This document shows positions 1 to 9,545 of a stretch of DNA of 64,000 bases, one piece after another (positions within the stretch are counted from its first letter, which is position 1; the number at the start of each line of letters is the position of its first letter). Position numbers and translations under genes: made by a program. Origin of the DNA: Cyanobacteria bacterium auto_48_18 (GTDB lineage: Bacteria > Cyanobacteriota > Vampirovibrionia > Obscuribacterales > Obscuribacteraceae); NCBI GenBank assembly GCA_036170915.1, contig JAVHQC010000006.1, positions 160,001 to 224,000 on the forward strand, read 5' to 3'. The notes beneath the pieces are model-generated. The model was not told the origin of the DNA, did not search any database, and saw nothing but the letters and a program-made list of their open reading frames with translations.

Positions 1-4
1 CGGC

Positions 5-1030
5 ATGCTTGCTCCCATTATTGAAAGCATAATTGCTGCCACAGGCAATCCACCGCTAATTTTTACTGATGTACCACCCGACTCAGATATATCTTGCGTC
101 AATCGCGCCAGCGAGTTGGCACGAGCCAATCAATGCAACGCACTTGTGGCGGTGGGTGGCGGCTCTGTAATCGACACAGCCAAAGTAGTAAACATCTGCC
201 TTACGTTCGGCGGCGAACTTATGGATTATCAGGGGCTGAACATAATTGATCGGCCTCTTTTGCCATTAGTTGCGGTGCCCACCACCGCTGGTACCGGTGC
301 GGAAGTCTCCTTTGTGGCTATGGTCAAAGACCATGACGAAGGCAAAAAGCTCATGTTCGGCAGCCCATTTCTCGCGCCTAATGTGGCCGTTCTCGACCCT
401 TTGTTGATCGTGTCGCTACCTGCTAGATTGACTGCCGCCACAGGTATAGATGCTGTCACTCATGGCATCGAATGCTTTGTCGCTTCCGGAACTAATTCTG
501 TTTTTACTAATGCCATTTGCCTGGAAGCATTGCGATTGCTTTTTGAATTTTTACCTCAAGCAACTGTCGACGGCACTAATTTGGAAGCGCGCGGTGCTAC
601 TCTGGCAGCCAGCTGTATGGCCGGTGTGGCGTTTACAAATTCTGGAGTTGGTATCACACATGCTCTTGCACATTCGGTGGGAGCCAAATATGCCACCCAT
701 CATGGTATGACCAACGGTGTTTTGCTGCCTCACGGCATGCGTTTCAATCTTGCCACTACCGCACCACAGTATGCGCGCATTGCTCGCTTTCTCAATTTCA
801 CCAGTGGTGGATCGGACGCAGAGCAAGCACAAATTTTGGTAGATAGAGTTGAAAACTTACTCAAAGAACTAAAACTTCCCCGTACTCTGCGCGAGTTGGG
901 GATACCTGAGTTGACTGCCGATAATCTTAAAGAACTTGTGGATATGGCTAGCTCGGATCCTGCAATAATGTTTAATCCGAAAGAGGCATCTGATGATGAC
1001 CTTCTACAACTTTTGAAAGGGGCATATTGA
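5..1030 (+). CDS. Iron-containing alcohol dehydrogenase (probably 5'-truncated by window edge)
   Basis: GGGSVIDTAK, PTTAGTGAE, DAVTH, GITHALAH and HHG metal/NAD-binding motifs. Confidence 0.9.
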   Translation: MLAPIIESIIAATGNPPLIFTDVPPDSDISCVNRASELARANQCNALVAVGGGSVIDTAKVVNICLTFGGELMDYQGLNIIDRPLLPLVAVPTTAGTGAEVSFVAMVKDHDEGKKLMFGSPFLAPNVAVLDPLLIVSLPARLTAATGIDAVTHGIECFVASGTNSVFTNAICLEALRLLFEFLPQATVDGTNLEARGATLAASCMAGVAFTNSGVGITHALAHSVGAKYATHHGMTNGVLLPHGMRFNLATTAPQYARIARFLNFTSGGSDAEQAQILVDRVENLLKELKLPRTLRELGIPELTADNLKELVDMASSDPAIMFNPKEASDDDLLQLLKGAY

Positions 1031-1443
1031 TGGCTGTCTTTGCCGATACGGACGAATTGCATCATGTCATGGTCGATCTCTGGACGGCTATACAAAGTGA
1101 TGCCGAGATGGCTGCTCCACTTTTGTCATCACGATTGATTGTCACTTTCCATTATCGTGAACCTGACGGTCGATTGACTGTTGATTGCTCTGACGGAAGA
1201 GAAATGGTAATTACTGCCGGCGAATGCGAACGCAAACCGGTGGTGGAAATGTTCATGAAATCAAGCGTTGCCCACGAGTTCTGGATGGGGAAAGTCAACG
1301 TACCCATGGCTTTGATTCAAGGCAAAATTGTAGCGAAAGGCCCAGTGAATAAGGCTCTAGCTTTGTTGCCTGCAATCAAACCGGCTTATGGTATTTATCC
1401 ATCCATTATTGAAAAAAACGGCCTTAAGGTTTCGACTACATAA
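1030..1443 (+). CDS. SCP2 sterol/lipid-binding domain protein
   Basis: C-terminal FWMGKVNVPMALIQGKIVAKGP resembles the SCP2 signature; ATG overlaps the ADH stop (TGATG). Confidence 0.75.
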   Translation: MAVFADTDELHHVMVDLWTAIQSDAEMAAPLLSSRLIVTFHYREPDGRLTVDCSDGREMVITAGECERKPVVEMFMKSSVAHEFWMGKVNVPMALIQGKIVAKGPVNKALALLPAIKPAYGIYPSIIEKNGLKVSTT

Positions 1444-2463
1444 ATGACGGTAATCACCATTGGTGAACTGGTTGTTGATTGGATTGCCACCAAAAAAGGC
1501 ATAGGCTGGAATCAGTCAGAAACTTTTTTGCGTAGTTCTGGTGGCAATGCCGCCAATGTCGCTCAAGCGCTCTGTCGTCTAGGTACCAAAGCCAGGCTGG
1601 TAGCCAAGGTTGGCGACGATATACACGCTGGTTATCTGCTTGAGGCTTTAGTTGCCGCCGGGGTAGAAACCAGATTTGTCTCGCAAACTTCAGCCTTTGC
1701 TACTGCACAATGTTATGTGCTTACAGATGCCGCTGAAGAAAATCAATTCTTTAATTGGCCAAAGCCTAATGCATGCCACCAGTTAACCGTTGACGATCTC
1801 CCTCAAGACCTTTTTGACAAAGCCGTGGCTCTTCATGCCACTGGTATCTCGCTCACAGTAGAACCTCGCAGCAGCGCTGTAATCGAAGCAATGTCGCGAG
1901 GCAAAAACAATGGTTTACTGATTTCGTTCGATGCCGGCTTTCCTACCGGTGAAGGCGACAAGGCGCGAAAATTGGCTCATCAAGCCATGGCACTGGCTCA
2001 CGTGATCAAAGTTAATTTGCCTGAACTCTATTTTTGGCTGGCAGATTTTGACTCGCTTGAGGGCGCAAAAGTCGAACGCAATTTAACCGACAACATTGAG
2101 ACATTGACTGCTTATGGTCAACTTTTGCGGCAGCGCACTGGCGCCGAGATCATTCTACTTACTCTTGGTGCCGGCGGTTCAATTATTGTCAGTGCCGCTC
2201 AAAGTTGCTTTGCTGCTCCTATTAAAGTTAAAAGCCTCGCCGGTGTTGGCGCCGGTGACGCCTATGTGGCGGCAGTTCTTAATCAAATTGCTGAGGGGCA
2301 AAACTCATTTACTGAAGAGCATGATTGGCAGTCGAGGCTCAATTTAGATTGGCCTGCTATTGCCAGATTCGCCAATGCTGCCGGAGCACTGGCAACCAGA
2401 ACCATAAGTGCTTCCCAGGGTCTGCCAAGTCTGGAAGAAGTAAAAGCCTTAGTACGGCAATAA
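1444..2463 (+). CDS. PfkB-family carbohydrate kinase
   Basis: GGNAANVA, KVGDD, KVNxxE, TLGAGG and GAGDAY motifs. Confidence 0.9.
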   Translation: MTVITIGELVVDWIATKKGIGWNQSETFLRSSGGNAANVAQALCRLGTKARLVAKVGDDIHAGYLLEALVAAGVETRFVSQTSAFATAQCYVLTDAAEENQFFNWPKPNACHQLTVDDLPQDLFDKAVALHATGISLTVEPRSSAVIEAMSRGKNNGLLISFDAGFPTGEGDKARKLAHQAMALAHVIKVNLPELYFWLADFDSLEGAKVERNLTDNIETLTAYGQLLRQRTGAEIILLTLGAGGSIIVSAAQSCFAAPIKVKSLAGVGAGDAYVAAVLNQIAEGQNSFTEEHDWQSRLNLDWPAIARFANAAGALATRTISASQGLPSLEEVKALVRQ

Positions 2464-2563
2464 TTTTCGTAGAAGCATCAGTGCACACGACATATAGCTC
2501 TTTGTAGGCTTAAGGTATTGCTGTTACACTGGCATCAGGCTATAAACTAAAATAGGTATCTCA

Positions 2564-2701
2564 ATGGAAGGCATAGGCGAAATATTTTCTACTTTTCACC
2601 TGCTTGCCACCATCGCGGTAATTCTTCTGGTGGTTACCGGCATTGCTGTGGTAGTTATTTTGGCCAGAGTCTTTCGCCGCGACTTCGAGCAGCAAGACTA
2701 G
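2564..2701 (+). CDS. Small single-TM membrane protein (45 aa), absent from the ORF track
   Basis: MEGIGEIFSTFHLLATIAVILLVVTGIAVVVILARVFRRDFEQQD*; AGGT SD-like element and TGtTACACT extended -10-like motif upstream. Confidence 0.6.
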   Translation: MEGIGEIFSTFHLLATIAVILLVVTGIAVVVILARVFRRDFEQQD

Positions 2702-2725
2702 ATCCACTTGATATTGATGGCATCT

Positions 2726-3361
2726 TTATGGTGAGATTATGCGGTCTGCTGAGAATAAATACTCGCAGATGGCAAACATGTTGGTAACTTGTTCGACCGG
2801 CACTTTTTCCTTTAGACCGTAAAAGTCAAGGCAGAGGCCACATGCAAGCACTTCGATGCCTTTATCTCTGAGGTCATTTAGTACCTTTATATATGGTCCG
2901 CCAGGATCCATTAATTTGACACCGCTGTTCACCATTAGTATCGCCCTTGGTTCATGACCCGATTGGCAAATTGTTTGCAAAAAGAGATTGAGCAGATGAG
3001 CGCTGAAGTCGTGCCCTTTTTCAGAATGGTCACCTTCGCCAAAAGTATCGCGACTGAGAAAAACGATGGTGCCTGCAGAATTATCAGTATTGGTTGGCTT
3101 TTTCACTGACGTTTTTGTCTGCTGATGGTCGTGAGTTTGCTCATGATTCTGGCGCTCTAGTACTACTCTAAAGTGGTCATCTGACTCTTCTTTGAGCACT
3201 GACAGATTTTGCGAACCGGCTAGCCGGGAGAGATTTTGCACGTTCACTTCATTGTCTACCAGCGCTTCAATGCAAGTGATAGAGGTGTCGTCAATAAGTT
3301 TCTTTGTTCGCAGCACCGGTTCAGGACAGGTGAGACCTCTGAGATCAACTATTTTTTTCAT
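2726..3361 (-). CDS. yedF: Sulfurtransferase-like selenium metabolism protein YedF (TusA + DsrE-like domains)
   Basis: N-terminal DLRGLTCPEP (CPxP); C-terminal NSGVKL, ACGLCLDFY, VTNM; directly downstream of selD. Confidence 0.85.
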   Translation of the reverse strand: MKKIVDLRGLTCPEPVLRTKKLIDDTSITCIEALVDNEVNVQNLSRLAGSQNLSVLKEESDDHFRVVLERQNHEQTHDHQQTKTSVKKPTNTDNSAGTIVFLSRDTFGEGDHSEKGHDFSAHLLNLFLQTICQSGHEPRAILMVNSGVKLMDPGGPYIKVLNDLRDKGIEVLACGLCLDFYGLKEKVPVEQVTNMFAICEYLFSADRIISP

Positions 3362-3391
3362 TGTCGGTTTTACTCTTACAATTTTGCAGTA

Positions 3392-4555
3392 TCAATTAAT
3401 TACGACATCAATGTGACCAGGGATGCCTTCGATGAATTGACCAATGTCTGTTGCTTCGATGCCGGCATCAGTAAGGCTGCGCACCACTCTTTGGCTGTCA
3501 TGTTCAGCCACCGCAAATAACAAACCGCCCGATGTTTGCGGGTCGTACAAAAGATCGCTTACTTCTAAAGGCAGATCTTTTATATAAGATACGCTCGCCT
3601 CAAATGATTTTCGATTACCGTAGGCACCAGCAGGCACAAACCCCTGTTTGGCAAAATTTAAAACTGATGCTAGAAAACGCAAAGCAGAAACATTCATGCG
3701 CGCAGCCAGCTTGCTACCTTTAGCCATCTCATGAATATGTCCAATCAATCCAAAGCCAGTAACGTCGGTGCATGCATGTATATCTACTGAGCGTGCGATC
3801 TCCAGCGTGCGATCATTCAATGTAGTCAGTGCTGAAAATAATTGGCCCTGCTCAGCTGGGCTGAGTAATGCTGCCTTGAATGCAAGCAGGCTTACCCCTG
3901 TCCCAAGAGCTTTAGTCATGATGATTTTGTCACCGGTTTGCGCACCACTGTTGGTGAGCACTTCATTTGGATTAATCAGGCCAGTTACCGCCAGGCCGTA
4001 TATAGTCTCAGGGCTTTGAATCGAGTGGCCGCCTGTGAGGAGAGCACCTGCTCGTGCCACTTGGTCAGCACCACCACGCAATATTTCGCTGGCAATTGAA
4101 AGTGGATAGTCGCATGTGGGAAAAGCAAAAATTGCCAGGGCCATGATCGGTTTACCACCCATGGCGTATATATCAGAGAGGGCATTACAAGCGGCTATCT
4201 GGCCATACAAATATGGATCATCAACAACAGGTGGAAAGAAATCGACGCTTTCTATAATCGCTAGATCTTCACTTAATTTATAAACGGCAGCGTCTTCAAA
4301 ATTATCAATGCCAGTAAGTAAGTTTGGATTTTTACTTTTTGGCAGCCCAGCCAGAATTTGTTTTAATTCGGTGGCACTGAGTTTAGCCGCACAGCCGCCG
4401 GCTTTGACGTTGCTAGTGAGGCGCCGTTCGCCCACAGGATGTTCAGCTTCAACACCAGTTCTTTCAATTGCTTCGGCAGTTTTTTCAGCAATTTTCTCTC
4501 GCGTTTCCTTTGTGGAATCGTTGCCTGAATGTTGAATAAATTCGTTGGTAGTCAT
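3392..4555 (-). CDS. selD: Selenide, water dikinase (selenophosphate synthetase), Cys type
   Basis: GGCAAK active-site motif, DFFPPVVDDP, NALSDIYAMGG, GGHS, TDVTGFGL, DPQTSGGLL. Confidence 0.95.
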   Translation of the reverse strand: MTTNEFIQHSGNDSTKETREKIAEKTAEAIERTGVEAEHPVGERRLTSNVKAGGCAAKLSATELKQILAGLPKSKNPNLLTGIDNFEDAAVYKLSEDLAIIESVDFFPPVVDDPYLYGQIAACNALSDIYAMGGKPIMALAIFAFPTCDYPLSIASEILRGGADQVARAGALLTGGHSIQSPETIYGLAVTGLINPNEVLTNSGAQTGDKIIMTKALGTGVSLLAFKAALLSPAEQGQLFSALTTLNDRTLEIARSVDIHACTDVTGFGLIGHIHEMAKGSKLAARMNVSALRFLASVLNFAKQGFVPAGAYGNRKSFEASVSYIKDLPLEVSDLLYDPQTSGGLLFAVAEHDSQRVVRSLTDAGIEATDIGQFIEGIPGHIDVVIN

Positions 4556-4894
4556 ATGGATTTACGAAGTATGTTCTTTGAATATCCGCATGGTATGTGG
4601 ATTTTTAAACAGTGGTGTCGCCAGTGGTGATTCTGTTGTTAGCCAAGAAACCTTTTATATTAGTTTGTTTAGTTTCCACTGCTAATGTGGCTTTTAGCTC
4701 TTTAAAAAGTGCATTGATAAGTGTAAATTGTATTGTGGAAATCGAAGAGCACTTCCCTCGACAATTCACCTAGCATAAAAGGTGCATTTGCGTCTGTCCA
4801 GTTTACTAGGCACAACTAGTTTACCGGTATCTTGTGGCGTCGGTTTCGAAAATTTGGTTTTAATACTTTTTTGGAATTTACAAAAAGGAAAGTC

Positions 4895-5101
4895 ATGCCG
4901 AAGAAAGTACTAGTTGCCCTTCCACCAGGTCTGCTTGAACAAATTGATTTCGTTGCTCAAGTTGAGCATAGAACTCGCTCAGATTTGATGCGTGAAGCCC
5001 TCCGTCGTTACATTGATGCCTTCAAGCGCAATCAAGGACCACGAATGCAAGTGAGCAGTGTGGGCTCGCAGAAAATCGCTTTATTGACTGACGCTGAGTA
5101 A
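4895..5101 (+). CDS. CopG/ribbon-helix-helix DNA-binding protein
   Basis: MPKKVLVALPPGLLEQID...RSDLMREALRRY fits the RHH pattern; AAGGA SD precedes ATG 4895. Confidence 0.8.
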   Translation: MPKKVLVALPPGLLEQIDFVAQVEHRTRSDLMREALRRYIDAFKRNQGPRMQVSSVGSQKIALLTDAE

Positions 5102-5171
5102 TTCCCCCACTCTACCTGTTGACGTCCTGGATTATTAAGCATACGATCCATTGGTCAAGTCAGGATGAGTC

Positions 5172-5513
5172 ATGGCAATCGACTTCTGGAAAATTTGCGT
5201 ACTCGAGTTCCTTTTCGTCACCTCTGTGATGTTGGTCCTTGGCTATGTGAAACAGCCACGTTTCTTGATGAAACGACGCCTGGTTAAAGGTTTCCCCTGG
5301 GGTTACTATGCTGACCAGGTGCCGCAAGGTGATCCCAGCAGATTTCCTGGCAATGACAGAGACTTTTTGCACGACACGGGCACAAGCTTCAGTGGGTTGG
5401 AAGGTTTTGGCGACTATGGCGAATTCAGCGGCTTCGGCCAGCTGGGTGAGCTTGGTGGTGCCTTCATCGGCGGCGATGGCGGCAGCGGGGGCGGCGGTGG
5501 TGGCGCAGACTAA
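5172..5513 (+). CDS. Hypothetical membrane-anchored protein with Gly/Asp-rich C-terminal tail
   Basis: N-terminal hydrophobic helix; ends GGDGGSGGGGGGAD; AGGA SD. Confidence 0.55.
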   Translation: MAIDFWKICVLEFLFVTSVMLVLGYVKQPRFLMKRRLVKGFPWGYYADQVPQGDPSRFPGNDRDFLHDTGTSFSGLEGFGDYGEFSGFGQLGELGGAFIGGDGGSGGGGGGAD

Positions 5514-5633
5514 GTCTGATCGGTGCTGTCTAGCGCTGTCAGCTTAAGTCGACACGCCACAGTGTCGTAGATCCTGTAAGATTTAAAATCTAGATTCTCA
5601 ATCTAGAGTTGTTTCTGTGCCGCTTGAGGCTCC

Positions 5634-7169
5634 ATGCCCACTAATCCCCTCCAGGCAGTTATCACGGTACTGCAGGCTCTTGTCGTCTTTGCTGCCATTG
5701 CGGTATTGACCAGCAAATCAAACAGTAAGCCGAGGCTCGTCACTGCCTTGCTTTTGCTCTGCACTATTTTTGTCGGTATTGTCTTCTACAACAATTACAG
5801 CAGCCGCGTCAAAGACCGTAAAGGTGCTGCTGTAATGGAAGCCGCTCAGTCGGAATTTGTCATGCGCCTGGCCCAGGGCATGAAAAATGCATTTGGTGCC
5901 AGCGGTAGCGCCTCTCAGTCTCTCTCATCGGTTGATGGAAAGATGTATGGAGAAGCCGAGAAGAGCATTGATAAGGCGGCCTCTCGCGACCCAGAATCAT
6001 TGCCTTTGCGCTTCAAGCAGGTGGTACTGCGAGCTGAAACCGGCCGAGAATTTAAGACCCAGTTGGCGGAAATTCCTCAGTGCCCTGACAAAGATGGTCG
6101 CAGTGCTTCAGCCGCCGCTCTGCTCGACAATCTCTTCGTCAAGAAGAAACTTGCTACAGGCGAGATGCCTGGTGCTCTGGCTCTGGTAGATCAGCTAACC
6201 TCCTCTGGTTTTTATCGTGATGTGCTTAAGCTGGAGATTTACAAGGCTTCTGGCGACAGCAAGCTATTCGAATCAAAGAAAGCTGAGTATGACGCCAGTA
6301 GCCAATCTTTCATGATGCGCCTGATTGCGCTCATGATTTACATGGCTTTTTCAGTGATCGTGGGCCTGCTCGTCATCGGCACGCAAATTGTGCTTCTGCC
6401 TCGCAAGATTTCAGATGAGGCAGCCGTGGCGAAGATCAGGGCCCCGGCCGCCTATGGCTTTGCCAAAGTCTATGGTGTACTGATCGGTTGGCTAACGCTT
6501 GAATCTTTTATTTCACCCATTATCGTAGCAATTGCCGGTAATTTTAAAACCGGGGTCAAAGACGCTACCGTACTGGCTTTGCTTACTATGTTGATTTATC
6601 TTTTGAGCAATTTGCCGGCTCTGATTTTAGCCTGGTTTATTGCCATCAGGCCCACGGGCACGGCTTTCTTTGAAGCAGTCAAACTGAGGTGGAAAACCAG
6701 TACCCGCAGCACTTTTGGTTTGGTAATGGCCGGTATTCTTGCCTGGTATGCCTGCGTGCCGCTTGCTCTATGTGCTTCACTGATCTCAAAGAATCTTTTT
6801 GGCTCTGAAGGCTCCAGTAATCCGGTTTTGACCATAGTTATGGAGGCAGTGCGCTCGCACAATGTGCTGGCTGGCTGCTTGTTTATTATTGCCATTGGCG
6901 TATTGCCAGCTATTTGCGAAGAAATGCTCTTCCGTGGATTTCTCTATACATCGTTGCGCTGGCATTTTGGGCCGCTCATGTCCATGGTTATATCCGCTGC
7001 TCTGTTTTCGGCAGTGCACATGGATCCAGGCGCTTTCGCGCCCTTGTTTGTGCTCGGCTTTGTTTTCGCTTTCGTCTTTGAACGTACGAAGAGCTTGATT
7101 CCTTCTATGGTTGCCCATTGTCTCTGGAACTCGGGCACCTTCATTTTAATGCTGTCGCTTTTTGGCTGA
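5634..7169 (+). CDS. CPBP (Abi/CAAX type II) intramembrane glutamic metalloprotease with large extracytoplasmic helical domain
   Basis: EEMLFRG, FSAVH, HCLWN motifs; multiple TM segments. Confidence 0.9.
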   Translation: MPTNPLQAVITVLQALVVFAAIAVLTSKSNSKPRLVTALLLLCTIFVGIVFYNNYSSRVKDRKGAAVMEAAQSEFVMRLAQGMKNAFGASGSASQSLSSVDGKMYGEAEKSIDKAASRDPESLPLRFKQVVLRAETGREFKTQLAEIPQCPDKDGRSASAAALLDNLFVKKKLATGEMPGALALVDQLTSSGFYRDVLKLEIYKASGDSKLFESKKAEYDASSQSFMMRLIALMIYMAFSVIVGLLVIGTQIVLLPRKISDEAAVAKIRAPAAYGFAKVYGVLIGWLTLESFISPIIVAIAGNFKTGVKDATVLALLTMLIYLLSNLPALILAWFIAIRPTGTAFFEAVKLRWKTSTRSTFGLVMAGILAWYACVPLALCASLISKNLFGSEGSSNPVLTIVMEAVRSHNVLAGCLFIIAIGVLPAICEEMLFRGFLYTSLRWHFGPLMSMVISAALFSAVHMDPGAFAPLFVLGFVFAFVFERTKSLIPSMVAHCLWNSGTFILMLSLFG

Positions 7170-7261
7170 TCTTTAGTTCGCGCGAAAATTGGGCACAAAT
7201 TAAGTGTATCTGCGCCATACTTTGGTGAGGAGAACAGATACGTCTCCACTGGGAGATCGCC

Positions 7262-7786
7262 ATGGCTGCCAGAACTGCTCGATGCGGCATTACATTAACA
7301 TCGCTGCCTGACAAAAGGCGAGCGGGCTTGTTGCCGCTGTGCACTTTTTTGGCCCTGGGTTGGGCATTTGTGGCGATGTGGTTGAGTGTGGCCCTCTTTG
7401 CTCTGTGGGAATGGCCAGTCTGGCGCATTCTTATCGGTTTAAGCAGCGTTACTTTTGGTGCATTACTGACGCTTTTTGGCGTGAGTGTTATACGTGACTC
7501 AAAGCGTGAATATGTGCTTGAGCTTACCGAAAGCGAAGTGGTGCTTGTAGTAATCGATCGCTATGCAAAACAGAAAACTACACAAATGCTTTTGCTCGAT
7601 GACGTGGTTTATGCCGAGTACTATCCATACCCTGACTCATCGGCGATTATTTTTCACACTAATTATGCGTTGATGGAAGTGCCGCTCTGGCCCATGGGTG
7701 ACCGAGGTCGCGATGTAGTTGACTTTGCGGAAGGACGGGGCGTGCACGTTATTAATGTGCAGTCTGATGAGAGTATTCCGGCTTAA
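7262..7786 (+). CDS. Hypothetical membrane protein (2 TM + soluble domain)
   Basis: GGGAG SD, two hydrophobic segments; no family recognised. Confidence 0.65.
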   Translation: MAARTARCGITLTSLPDKRRAGLLPLCTFLALGWAFVAMWLSVALFALWEWPVWRILIGLSSVTFGALLTLFGVSVIRDSKREYVLELTESEVVLVVIDRYAKQKTTQMLLLDDVVYAEYYPYPDSSAIIFHTNYALMEVPLWPMGDRGRDVVDFAEGRGVHVINVQSDESIPA

Positions 7787-7805
7787 ACTGTTCCTTTGAA
7801 TTTCT

Positions 7806-7834
7806 AGAAAAAAACCTGCGCAGGTATTTTTTCT
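7806..7834. terminator. Near-perfect palindrome; possible bidirectional terminator or operator upstream of zwf
   Basis: AGAAAAAAACCTGC|GCAGGTATTTTTTCT, symmetrical A and T tracts. Confidence 0.45.
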
Positions 7835-7951
7835 GCGCAACTCCCTGCCAATTGATACTAAATATGGTGCCCACGCAGACCTCTGTTGACAAATTATAGC
7901 GGTCACAATGCGTGAAGCACAGCAGCAGCACTGTCTTGTGCCAGGGCCGAA

Positions 7952-7963
7952 TAGTGCTAAAAT
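7952..7963 (+). promoter_or_regulatory. Extended -10 promoter candidate for the zwf operon
   Basis: TAGTGCTAAAAT (TGnTAAAAT); identical 12-mer at 14043-14054 before glyA. Confidence 0.45.
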
Positions 7964-7988
7964 TTCGTCCTTAATCGAGGAGACGACT

Positions 7989-9545
7989 ATGATCGAAGAG
8001 AAAGTGCTTGAAAATCCTCTGTTGGAGGGTCTGGCGCTGGAAAGGCACGTAGATTCACTTTCGTTTGTGATCTTCGGTGCGCACGGTGATTTAACCAAAC
8101 GCAAGCTCGTTCCGGCCATGTACGCACTCTTTTTGCAGGGTCTGCTGCCCAGGGGTTTTGTCTTACTGGGCACTTCGCGCACGCCCATGACCGACGATGC
8201 GTTTCGTACTCTGATGCGCGAATCTTTGATTAAATTCGCTCCAGACCTGCCTTTTGAAGAAGATTCATGGACCAGATTCGCGTCTTCCCTTTACTACCGA
8301 GCCACAGATTCTTCAAAACCTGAAGGGTACGAAGTAATCAAGAGTACTCTGGCTGAGCTTGATAGCAAACATGGTACGAAAGGTCGTCATATTTTCTATC
8401 TCTCTACTTCACCAAGCCTTTATCTACCAATAGTCCAGGGTTTAGCGGCCTCTGGCCTGGTGACAAAAGTGAAAGCTACCGAGCCGGCCTGGCCGCGGGT
8501 GGTGATTGAAAAGCCATTTGGTCACGATCTGGCTTCGTCAATTGCTCTCGATGAGCACATTCACGAAGTAATGCGAGAGCATCAGGTCTATCGTATCGAC
8601 CACTATCTGGGTAAAGAAACTGTTCAGAACATCATGGTTTTTCGTTTTGCCAATGGCATTTTCGAACCCTTGTGGAATCGCAATCATATTGATCATATTC
8701 AAATCACCAATGCTGAAACCATCGGCGTCGAAGGTCGTGGTGCTTACTATCAAGAAGCCGGCGCCTTGCGTGACATGATTCAAAATCACCTGTTGCAATT
8801 ACTTGCTCTGGTATTGATGGAACCACCTATCGCCATGGATGCCGAGGCCACTCGCGACGAGAAAATAAAAGTACTGCGCTGCCTCAAACCTCTCAAGCCA
8901 AGCACTATTGATCGCTATGCCGTTCGCGGCCAGTATGGTGCCGGTTTTATCGTCGGTGCCTCAGTACCTGGTTTCCGTGAAGAAGAGAGCGTGGCTAAGG
9001 ATGCTCCTACTCCAACATTTGCCGCGCTGAAACTGGAAGTGGACAACTGGCGCTGGGCTGGTGTACCTATTTATATACGTTCAGGAAAACGCCTGGCTAA
9101 ATCAGTCACGGAAGTGGCCGTGCATTTCAAAAAGGCGCCACACAGGCTGTTTGACGGCGAGCAATCTGACGTTGAGCAACAAGAGAATGTGCTGGTTATG
9201 CAAATTCAGCCAGAAGAAGGCATCTCACTCAAGTTTGCCACCAAACAGCCAGGTCCTACGACTATGGTGCGCTGGCTCAACATGGACTTTAAGTACGGCA
9301 CCGCATTTGGAGCCCGCACACCCACGGCCTATGAGCGTTTAATTCTTGATTGCTTGATAGGCGACCCATCATTGTTTGCCCGCACTGATTTTGTCGAAGC
9401 ATCGTGGCAATATATCGAACCCTTACTTGAGCATTGGGATAATCAAAAGCCCTCCGATTTTCCTAACTACAAAGCCGGCTCTTGGGGCCCTAAAGCTGCC
9501 GATGATCTTATTGCCTCTACCGGTCATGCCTGGAGAAAGCTATGA
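7989..9545 (+). CDS. zwf: Glucose-6-phosphate 1-dehydrogenase
   Basis: GAHGDL, EKPFG, RIDHYLGKE, DMIQNH motifs; GAGGAG SD supports ATG 7989 over 7908. Confidence 0.97.
   Translation: MIEEKVLENPLLEGLALERHVDSLSFVIFGAHGDLTKRKLVPAMYALFLQGLLPRGFVLLGTSRTPMTDDAFRTLMRESLIKFAPDLPFEEDSWTRFASSLYYRATDSSKPEGYEVIKSTLAELDSKHGTKGRHIFYLSTSPSLYLPIVQGLAASGLVTKVKATEPAWPRVVIEKPFGHDLASSIALDEHIHEVMREHQVYRIDHYLGKETVQNIMVFRFANGIFEPLWNRNHIDHIQITNAETIGVEGRGAYYQEAGALRDMIQNHLLQLLALVLMEPPIAMDAEATRDEKIKVLRCLKPLKPSTIDRYAVRGQYGAGFIVGASVPGFREEESVAKDAPTPTFAALKLEVDNWRWAGVPIYIRSGKRLAKSVTEVAVHFKKAPHRLFDGEQSDVEQQENVLVMQIQPEEGISLKFATKQPGPTTMVRWLNMDFKYGTAFGARTPTAYERLILDCLIGDPSLFARTDFVEASWQYIEPLLEHWDNQKPSDFPNYKAGSWGPKAADDLIASTGHAWRKL

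Noticed and set aside
3392..4555. Selenocysteine (UGA) recoding in selD
   Set aside because: The ORF is uninterrupted and the active-site residue is Cys
4895..5513. Toxin-antitoxin pair (RHH + downstream gene)
   Set aside because: The downstream ORF is a TM/Gly-rich protein unlike known toxins, and it is not translationally coupled
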